Shown here one piece after another: positions 40,789 through 48,330 of a stretch of DNA of 64,000 nt. Each line of letters begins with the position of its first letter. Within the stretch, counting starts at the first letter, position 1. A program made the position numbers and the translations under genes. Source of the stretch: a virus (taxonomy: Duplodnaviria > Caudoviricetes); IMG/VR virus record IMGVR_UViG_3300030372_002896, positions 1,129 through 65,128 of that record. The stretch is one strand, 5' to 3'. A model generated the notes under the pieces. It was given only the letters and a program-made list of their open reading frames with translations, made no database searches and was not told the DNA's origin.

Positions 40789-41151
40789 ACCCCTGCCGAA
40801 AGGATGCCGGTATATCAATACTCGTCGGATTTGTAACCATTTTCGACCCTTCCGGGACGTTTTTGGGTCCGCCGTGGTTTTTGTAACCACGGCACGAAAT
40901 CGCATGACTCACGTAGGCGTAACAATTCAGCCCAAAATATCATGGTTACAAAAACACGCCGGGCAACTGGTTACAAAAACATATGGTTACAAAAAGAGAG
41001 AAAGAGAGAGAAAAGAGAGATGGTTACAAAAACAGGGATAGAGAGAGATGGTTACAAAAACAGGGATAGAGAGAAAGATGGTTACAAAACCACAGAGAGA
41101 GATGGTTACAAAATCAGGGATAGAGATGGTTACAAAAAGATGGTTACAAAA

Positions 41152-41361
41152 TCAAGATACCTCATACAAGTCAAGTGAAATGACCGAGAAGCCTTTCGCA
41201 AGGAACTCAATAGCGTGACCCCAAAGGACTTCCTCATAATCTGCATAATATTCGTGCATCTCTCTTCGTGCGCCCTTGACGTTCTGTCGAACGAGGATAT
41301 GAGCGCAGTAAGCAAAATCTTCCTCGCTGCTGCGCCACTCAACATGATTAGTCCACTTCAT
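41152..41361 (-). CDS. Hypothetical 69-aa acidic protein
   Basis: Coupled to the upstream ORF; stop immediately followed by TTTTGTAACC on the sense strand. Confidence 0.65.
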   Translation of the reverse strand: MKWTNHVEWRSSEEDFAYCAHILVRQNVKGARREMHEYYADYEEVLWGHAIEFLAKGFSVISLDLYEVS

Positions 41362-41549
41362 GCTACCATCTCCGCTGTGTAGTTCGCTTCACGGGCCATG
41401 TCGAACAGTTCCCACATTGTAGAATCGGACACAGGACTAATCCTGACAGGGTTGCTGTCACCTTCTTTGAAGGTTACAAAACCAGTGCCGAAACACAATT
41501 TCATCGTTCGCTTCATTTGTTCATTCCTCACAATCGCTTCAAGAGCCAT
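41358..41549 (-). CDS. Hypothetical 63-aa protein
   Basis: Leaderless, TATA-like box 21 nt upstream. Confidence 0.65.
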   Translation of the reverse strand: MALEAIVRNEQMKRTMKLCFGTGFVTFKEGDSNPVRISPVSDSTMWELFDMAREANYTAEMVA

Positions 41550-41570
41550 GTTACTCGGAGAAGGTGTCCC

Positions 41571-41590
41571 TACTTAAGGCTGTCGATTTC
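41571..41590 (-). promoter_or_regulatory. Left-arm promoter, TCGACAG + TATA class
   Basis: AAATCGACAGCCTTAAGTA; the same TCGACAG-TATA arrangement occurs at 43414-43432 and 44805-44823. Confidence 0.7.
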
Positions 41591-41701
41591 TAACTTGGTT
41601 ACAAAAACAATTGGTTTTGTAACCGTAGGAATAACAATCGTGGTTACAAAAACAAAGAGAGAAATTTGGTTACAAAAAGATGGTTACAAAAAGATGGTTA
41701 C

Positions 41702-41882
41702 AAAAAGGAGTTTCCCCCCCGGCGGCTTTTCTCGTTGTCTTATGCAAGCCTTAGACGTTCGCTTTTACCTTCGGGGGGTGGGACTCTGATTCGCTGCTTC
41801 TTACTGACTGTTCTTCCGACGCCTCTATCGCTCGCTTGCTCTGAGTGTTGCGCCGGTGGTCGTGCCTTCCTCTTCCTCCACT
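41702..41882 (-). ncRNA. Candidate small non-coding transcript
   Basis: TTATATA box at 41905-41911, no ATG at the expected position, ends in GGGG-GAAA-CTCC hairpin plus T5. Only an 18-codon GTG ORF is available. Confidence 0.35.
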
Positions 41883-42050
41883 AATCTAAAGGAGCGACTG
41901 GAGGTATATAATTGTTTTGAATTAGCGTTTTTGTAACCACCCACTTTTTGTAACCGCGACTTTGGTATTGACATGGTTACAAAACCATTTATTTTTGTAA
42001 CCACCTATTTGTTGTAATTGTTTTTGTAACTAATTTTTGGTTACAAAATC

Positions 42051-42158
42051 TCAATCATCAAACTCCGCGCACATTTCTTCAATTGACAAACATTCGATGC
42101 TGCAAAACTTCTCGCTCCAATTCTTAGGTAACTTACAATCGCACACTAAACAATTCAT
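42051..42158 (-). CDS. 35-aa zinc-binding microprotein
   Basis: GAGGTGA SD; MNCLVCDCKLPKNWSEKFCSIEC. Not in the ORF track. Confidence 0.6.
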   Translation of the reverse strand: MNCLVCDCKLPKNWSEKFCSIECLSIEEMCAEFDD

Positions 42159-42167
42159 GTCATCACC

Positions 42168-42449
42168 TCAATACCACTCTGGCTCCTGTGGGTCAAGGTC
42201 GCCGCCGATAATCTCAAAATGCCTGTTCTCGGCCATCTGCATGTGCCTGTCAAGTGCCGCGTCTGCTGCCTTCTCCATTGCGTCAATCCGTTCGTCTTCC
42301 TTGATTTGCTCAGGGGTGCGGTTAGCCAATCGTTCCTTCTCTGCCTTCATCTCTTCGTCAATTCGGGCATTCTCTAAGGCTATGTGTGTTGTTTCCTCTG
42401 CCCATAATACGAAGGCCTGAGCCTTAACGTGCATGTCGTGTTGTTCCAT
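42168..42449 (-). CDS. Hypothetical acidic helical protein
   Basis: Leaderless, TTATATG 22 nt upstream. Confidence 0.7.
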   Translation of the reverse strand: MEQHDMHVKAQAFVLWAEETTHIALENARIDEEMKAEKERLANRTPEQIKEDERIDAMEKAADAALDRHMQMAENRHFEIIGGDLDPQEPEWY

Positions 42450-42665
42450 AACCCTACGTAGTTGGGTTAGGCATATAATTGTTTGGATTGAGGGGTTTGG
42501 TTACAAAACCATTTGTTTTTGTAACTTTTAGTGTTTTTTTACAATATTTATTGTGGTTACAAAAACATTTATTTTTGTAACTTTTAGTTGGTTACAAAAA
42601 AAGATGGTTACAAAACCAAAAGTAGTTACAAAACGAGAGGTGGTTACAAAACCAAAAGTGGTTAC

Positions 42666-42712
42666 AAAAAAAAGTCCGACCTCCCCAACTGACCCGGAAG
42701 TCAGCAGGGAGG
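42666..42712 (-). terminator. Hairpin plus T8 terminator
   Basis: CCTCCC/GGGAGG and CTGAC/GTCAG stems, followed on the minus strand by GTCGGAC-TTTTTTTT. Confidence 0.7.
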
Positions 42713-42748
42713 GCGAGGGATGTTTCAGGGTGGTTACAAAACCACTGT

Positions 42749-42943
42749 TCAAAGTGTCTTGATTAGGTCGCGGACTTGACGTGGAGTAGCATCGGGGTTC
42801 TCTTCAAGAACGATTGCTCGCTTCTCGTGGAACTCATCAAGTGATGCCTGTGTCGCCTTCATCTTAGGGGTCAGGTTAGCAACAAATTGTGCTGTTGCAT
42901 ACTTGCCCTTAACATAGGTCCGATTAGGATTCTTAGTAGCCAG
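42749..42943 (-). CDS. 64-aa protein with CTG start
   Basis: TATA box at 42985-42991, GGAGGTGA-AAAT-CTG, then (M)ATKNPNRTYVKGKY...RDLIKTL*. Not in the ORF track. Confidence 0.65.
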   Translation of the reverse strand: MATKNPNRTYVKGKYATAQFVANLTPKMKATQASLDEFHEKRAIVLEENPDATPRQVRDLIKTL

Positions 42944-43161
42944 ATTTTCACCTCCTATTACAAATTAAGGGAGTGCGCCTCACCATATAAATGTTTGGAA
43001 TGTAATTGGTTACAAAAACAATATGCGCGATAACTTTGGTTACAAAAACAAAAGTGGTTACAAAAAGGGTTCGACCCCAACCGCTCTTTGGTTACAAAAA
43101 GCGGCGGGGTCGGGGGTATATCAGGGCCGTCATTCGGCAGTATTATCTGGTTACAAAACGC

Positions 43162-43392
43162 TCAAAGTTGATTGCTCAGAAGAAGCCACGCGCGGTAAAG
43201 GTGGACAAAAGCCTCCTCGTCGTCGTTCTTTGGCTTGTCGATGTCGAGGGTGGAGTCAACCAACTTGTAGTCGTCCTCCATCTCTTCCATCGCCCCTTCA
43301 ATCTCCACAAGGATAGAGGTCAAGGCGTCAGCCTTGGCATTCTTCTCCTCGCGGGTCTTTCGTTCGTTCTGTATGGTCGTTAGGTCGTCCAT
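43162..43392 (-). CDS. Hypothetical acidic 76-aa protein
   Basis: ATG 43392 is 22 nt after TTTATAT; the track's start lies inside the TATA box. Confidence 0.7.
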   Translation of the reverse strand: MDDLTTIQNERKTREEKNAKADALTSILVEIEGAMEEMEDDYKLVDSTLDIDKPKNDDEEAFVHLYRAWLLLSNQL

Positions 43393-43596
43393 ACCACCGT
43401 TACCGTTAGCCCCCATATAAACCTGTCGATTTACTACTTGGTTACAAAAACAATGGGCTGCTACGCATTGGATGGTTACAAAAACATGGTTACAAAAATA
43501 AACGCAGAGATTTGGTTACAAAAAGATAAAGAGAGATTTGGTTACAAAAAGACACAGAGAGATTTGGTTACAAAATCGTAACCATTGGTTACAAAA

Positions 43597-43788
43597 TCAG
43601 ATTTCTCCGAGATTGATAAGATACCCATTGAAACCCAACCAGTGGTTACAAAACTTCCACGGGGGCGAATCAACCTCATCTTCACATTGCCACATATAAT
43701 GGAACTCTTCGTCGTTGGTTACAAAACGGCTTGAAATTACAGCCCATTCCATATCGTGTAGCCTCAAGTCCGTGGTTACAAAACTCAT
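43597..43788 (-). CDS. Hypothetical 63-aa protein containing three motif copies
   Basis: FVT/FCN codons are TTTTGTAACC copies; ATGA-coupled to the upstream ORF. Confidence 0.55.
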   Translation of the reverse strand: MSFVTTDLRLHDMEWAVISSRFVTNDEEFHYMWQCEDEVDSPPWKFCNHWLGFNGYLINLGEI

Positions 43789-43961
43789 GCGACCATCTCC
43801 ATGATTTTGAGGTATTCGATAACGGCTTGATGAGCCTCGGCGTCATACCAATCTGGTCCGCCTATATCCTCAACTGCTTCTTTCAATGTTTCAATCTGGT
43901 CTTTGAGCGTCATCTCTGCGAAGTGCTTTCGGGTTGATGTTGCCAATGGGTCTTTGTCCAT
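43785..43961 (-). CDS. Hypothetical 58-aa protein
   Basis: MDKDPLATSTRKHFAEMTL...; TTTATAG 21 nt upstream. Not in the ORF track. Confidence 0.65.
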   Translation of the reverse strand: MDKDPLATSTRKHFAEMTLKDQIETLKEAVEDIGGPDWYDAEAHQAVIEYLKIMEMVA

Positions 43962-44162
43962 GAACCGAGATGTAGGCTCCGCCTATAAACATTTTGATTA
44001 AGTGGGTGGTTACAAAAACATGGTTACAAAAACAATAGGCGGTGTTTTTTATGGTTACAAAAACTGGTTACAAAACCACAGAGAGTTACAAAAAATCAGG
44101 GATGCATACTGGTTACAAAACCATAGAGAGTGGTTACAAAATCGTAACCACTGGTTACAAAA

Positions 44163-44327
44163 TCAAATGGTCCCGAGTTTCTGCTCCATCTCAACGAGGA
44201 TTCGGATACGACGAGCCGCCCACACGTTACCGGTCACAGCAAGCGGGACAAGTGCCTTAATCGCACGGCGGCGTTTGATGGACGCCATCTCAGTGTGGAC
44301 GCATACAATCTGGTTACAAAAAGTCAT
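44163..44327 (-). CDS. Hypothetical basic 54-aa protein
   Basis: ATGA-coupled; stop followed directly by TTTTGTAACC. Confidence 0.5.
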   Translation of the reverse strand: MTFCNQIVCVHTEMASIKRRRAIKALVPLAVTGNVWAARRIRILVEMEQKLGTI

Positions 44328-44782
44328 GCGCTCACCCTCTCGACACACTCGGAGCATACACACGCCTTGAAGTCACGGGACAACCATTCGACGCGGCGAG
44401 GGTCGGCGCGACCCTTGCAGCCACGGCAGACAGCCGAAGGGGCGTTCATGGGGATGAATTGAATCATCATTGAGTTCATGCGCTGCATACCGTCAAACAT
44501 GGCCTTACGTGCTGCTATGGCTGCCTTGCGTCGTCGTGTGGCTGCTGCCTTCTTTGCTGCTGCCCTGCGCTTCATTGTGCCGTCAGCGGTCGCAATTTGG
44601 GCCGCTCGTGCTGCCTTGGCGGTTGCTGATGTGAAGGAGTGCTTAGGGGCATCAACGACAGTCAAGCCCATGTCCTCAGCACATGCAGCACATCGAAAGC
44701 CGTCGTCGGTTGTGATACCGCGCCGGGTCTTCTTGCATGGGCTACACCACTTCGGGGTTGGTTCGCGTGTGTGGGTTGTCAT
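44324..44782 (-). CDS. Double zinc-finger protein with Ala/Lys/Arg-rich helix
   Basis: CSPC...CAAC, KRRAAAKKAAATRRRKAA, CRGC...CSEC; first gene of the left arm. Confidence 0.75.
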   Translation of the reverse strand: MTTHTREPTPKWCSPCKKTRRGITTDDGFRCAACAEDMGLTVVDAPKHSFTSATAKAARAAQIATADGTMKRRAAAKKAAATRRRKAAIAARKAMFDGMQRMNSMMIQFIPMNAPSAVCRGCKGRADPRRVEWLSRDFKACVCSECVERVSA

Positions 44783-45627
44783 AATAGGAGCAGGGAGGAC
44801 GCCCCTTATGAACCTGTCGAAATAATACGTTGTTGTGATATGGTTACAAAAACAAAATACCTTGGTGAGTGGTTACAAAAACAAAATGGCGGCGGCGGGG
44901 GGCTGACATGGGCGGCGACAGCATATATATGTTTCGTTACCATAATCTATATACGAAATCTTTATAAGCAAACGGCTGGCCGCTAGGTGGTTACAAAAAC
45001 GGCTGAAAGTGAACGAAAAAAACGGCTTGGTTACAAAAAAATTTGGTTACAAAAACGCACACTGGTCGCCATTTTTTCACTTTCAGGTTCACTTTCAGTT
45101 CACTTTCAGTTTTTTTTTCATATTTTTGATGCTTTTAGTATAGCCCCAAAGCAAAAAATATGCACGGTGGTTACAAAAACGTAGCGTGGTCGGCAACGTG
45201 GTTACAAAAATGTAACCGGGTTTTTGTAACCAAAAAAGACCCCTCAGAGTATAGAGGTTAAGAGAGAAAAATGCACAGAGGTTACAAAAACAAAGAGAGA
45301 AGAGAGAGTCGGTTACAAAACCGTAGCCGGGTTTTTGTAACCAAAGAGAAAGAGCATGGGTGATAGAAAGGGTAGGTCTTTTTGTAACCTCAGTATATCC
45401 GTGCGAAAAAACCCTCCGGGTGTGGTTACAAAAACCTCCTGTTTTTTATCGCCCACACGAAAAACCCCCGTTGGTTACAAAAACGCTTACTTGCGCGGAC
45501 GCATAGTAGATAATATCCCAGAAACCACCCACCCCGAAAATCTGCCCCGCTGGTTACAAAACCTTATTAAGCAGACCTTACGCTGCGCCAACAACACCTT
45601 TTAATAGTAGGACGATTATGTGTAACC
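44783..45627. other. Gene-free divergence centre (candidate origin or genome-end junction)
   Basis: No credible ORF; three direct TTCACTTTCAG copies (45076, 45088, 45099), one inverted copy (45003), an adjacent T-rich stretch and mixed-orientation GGTTACAAAA. Confidence 0.55.
45575..45607 (+). promoter_or_regulatory. ACCTTACGNTGCGCC-N9-TATA promoter, first of 11 copies
   Basis: Copies start at 45575, 46357 (one base shorter, degenerate TATA), 47161, 48018, 48442, 48712, 49941, 52160, 53155, 56205 and 63092, all on the + strand. Confidence 0.92.
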
Positions 45628-45804
45628 ATGAACACTAAGAACAACACGAACGCAGAATGCTATTCATGCGGCGAATATTACCACGAAACAACCCCGATTA
45701 AACGCTTGACTCTCACATCCCCCTGCTCCTTTAGATGCAAGGCTTGTTGGGCCAAGTTCGCCGCCAACGGCTATGATGATTCACAGGAGCGTGATTGGGA
45801 ATGA
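45628..45804 (+). CDS. 58-aa zinc-finger microprotein
   Basis: CYSC...CKAC; leaderless after the promoter at 45575. Not in the ORF track. Confidence 0.65.
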   Translation: MNTKNNTNAECYSCGEYYHETTPIKRLTLTSPCSFRCKACWAKFAANGYDDSQERDWE

Positions 45805-46408
45805 CTGGTGTTGAATGGCCCGATTACATCGTTCATGTGTTGAACCGAAACGCTGAACCCTCTTTCAGAAACGACGGCATGAAACATACCCGTTGGAATT
45901 GCCCCCACTGGTGGGTCCACACAGAGAACGAAGAGGGGATTGCATTATTCGCCTGTAACCAATGCGGATGTGCCTCACATTATCCCGACCACGATTTAGT
46001 TCACGAAGCAATTCAAGAACTTCAAGACGCACTGGACCGTATGAGAGGTGTGAAACAATGAAGTTCCACGGAGAGTTCGGACGGGCTGTTTTCTCTGATA
46101 CCGTCAAAGACCCCGCGTGGGATGGTGACGAATGGAGAGTTAATTTTTACTCGGTGAATCCTTTAACCGGAGAGATATTCATTCAGGGGTTGGATATGCA
46201 ATTCTTCGCAAGACCACTTCGACCGATTAGGAGAGTGATTCAATGATTGATGACCTCTGCCCCGGCAATCCTTCAAAGTGCCGCTGCTCTTTTTGTAACC
46301 AAATCAAGAGAGAGGTGGGCGCGTGATTTTTGTAACCATGATAATGTTTCTCAGAAACTTACGCTGCGCCACCAAAACCGTCATATCCGATGACGACGAG
46401 GTGGTAAT

Positions 46409-46864
46409 ATGACTAAGAGATTTCAACAACTCTGCAAGCGTTCAAACCATTGGTGCGAGACAAACGACTGCACAGTCAAGGCCCTCGCAATCGTGACTGG
46501 TTGGACTTACGAACGCGCCCACGGAGAGTTGGCCCTGCGTGGTCGCAACCACGGCAAAGGCACTTCAATGTCGAATATTTGGGAGGCTCTCAATCAGAAC
46601 GGTTTCACGGCAGAGCGACTTCCTGACCACCATCCGATGATGAAAGAAAATATCAAGACCATCGGCGCACTTACCCGCGAAGGCGTGATACCATCGCGCG
46701 GCGTGTTCATCGTTGAAACCTCGCGGCACGTTCTCGGCATCAGAGCCGGGCAGGTTCACGACTGGACCGATGGTCGTCGGCACAGAATCGCCTCAACATC
46801 AGAATGCAAGAATTATGTTTGGTCTAAGAAAAAAGACATCTATCGAGTGAAGCGCAAGGCTTGA
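46409..46864 (+). CDS. Putative papain-fold (C39-like) protein
   Basis: NDCTVKALAIVTGWTYERAH and SRHVLGI give a candidate Cys/His dyad. Confidence 0.5.
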   Translation: MTKRFQQLCKRSNHWCETNDCTVKALAIVTGWTYERAHGELALRGRNHGKGTSMSNIWEALNQNGFTAERLPDHHPMMKENIKTIGALTREGVIPSRGVFIVETSRHVLGIRAGQVHDWTDGRRHRIASTSECKNYVWSKKKDIYRVKRKA

Positions 46865-48068
46865 CTTTTTGTAACCACTCAACCCCGTTTTAGGTTGTTG
46901 TTCATACCGGGGTGGTCGCTGATTCGGGGCGGCGGCCATCCCACTTTTTGTAACCACATTTTTTTTCGTGCGATTTGTTTTTGTAACCGCGCCGCCCGCG
47001 CCCGCCGCGCCCAGAGAGAGTGGTTACAAAAACCGAGGACCGCAGCGGCAAAAAAAATACGGCTACCTTTGGTTACAAAAACAAAAAACCTAAGTTGTTA
47101 AAAACCGCAACTCCCACAGGAGTTAGAGATTTTAACAAGTAAGAAATGGTTACAAAAATAACCTTACGTTGCGCCATAACAACCTTTAAATAGAATGACT
47201 CTGATGTCTATTTAATGGAAAACAAACACGCAACCCCCCCTGATACGTTTAAATGGCTTGAATGTCCTGATTGGGCAATCGAAGGATTTCGTAAGATTGA
47301 AGCGAAAGGATTCATCATAGGCGACTTTGATTATATCGCCAAGAATCATTGGACCTGTCGAGCATGGCCTATCGAAAAGGATGATGAGTTTGAAACTTGG
47401 GACGAAGCCACACTCTGGGAAGTCGAACTTCAAGGCTGGGATGACCCTCGCTTGACCGAAACTGTTCATGTAGGGGAATGGTGATTCAATGAGAGCGATA
47501 ACACGAGATGCAGGTCAAGCAATACACAACCGACAACCCTTCAAGAGAGGGAATACTACGGTCGAGGTGAATGGACGGAGTGCCAAAATGCGGCTTCACG
47601 GTCATGCCATCGCGGAGTTCGTTCATACTGGAAAGATTCACTACGATTGGAACGGTCCATATTATGAAGATTATCACTATTCGATAGATTCATGCGGATA
47701 TATGACCCACACGACAAAGGAACGCCTGAACGGTATTCCCGGCATTCAAGTGGTTCAACGCAAGGGCGTTTGGTATCTGAACGGCATAGAATGGGACGGC
47801 TCCCGCGTTTCTGTTTATCGCAACACCACCCACGATTTTTATCATCCATACATACTATACGGGAGGCTGGACGAATGATTGAGTTCACATTTCCCACCCG
47901 CGACCACGCGGAGAAGTTCACACGGTATCAAGACCAGAAACACGGCGTCAGTCATCGGTGGACTATCAAGAAGACCGGCGGAAACCGATGGGTTGCAGCG
48001 CGACCAGCGCGAACATGACCTTACGCTGCGCCATAAAAACATTTAAATAGATTGAACAATTATTTCAA

Positions 48069-48330
48069 TTTACAGGAGATACACCAGAAAGGCTGGCGAC
48101 GGTCAGTCCGGGTGTCCCGCGCAAGAAAAACCCTCAAGGGGAATAGGGGTGCGAAACCCCCTCCTGTAAAAACATCATGGGTATGTTCTCGGCACGACCG
48201 CCGGGTCATCGAGTGCGATTGGTCATCGCCAGTGATGCCGCTTTCAAAAGCGGACATGCCCTCCTTTTCACGGGCTGTCCCAGCCCACGACTCTCGGAGC
48301 GTGGAGGACTGGGGCGGCCCTGCTTTTTTT
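48069..48330 (+). ncRNA. Highly structured approx. 260-nt RNA with its own promoter and terminator
   Basis: Promoter at 48018-48050; TTTACAGGAG (48069) pairs with CTCCTGTAAA (48161); at least 6 further hairpins; 12-bp terminal stem followed by T7. Confidence 0.7.

Noticed and set aside
43066-43112. GGTTCGACCC as a tRNA T-loop
   Set aside because: No acceptor, D or anticodon arms can be built; it is one arm of a simple hairpin.
40944-44162. Identity of GGTTACA with the fission-yeast telomere repeat
   Set aside because: A seven-base match with no telomerase-like gene; the copies are internal, interspersed and also lie inside genes, so this is treated as coincidence.
40944-45561. GGTTACAAAA arrays as a CRISPR or mini-CRISPR array
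   Set aside because: The repeat is only 10-11 bp, spacing is irregular (13 to more than 40 bp), spacers are low-complexity GA-rich and partly duplicated, and both orientations are mixed.
40942-47101. Track ORFs rich in MVTK/WLQK/GYKK or FVT/FCN (e.g. 40942, 41666, 42553, 43006, 44002, 44987, 46895)
   Set aside because: They are translations of the DNA motif, lack SD or promoter context, and lie in intergenic arrays or antisense to real genes.
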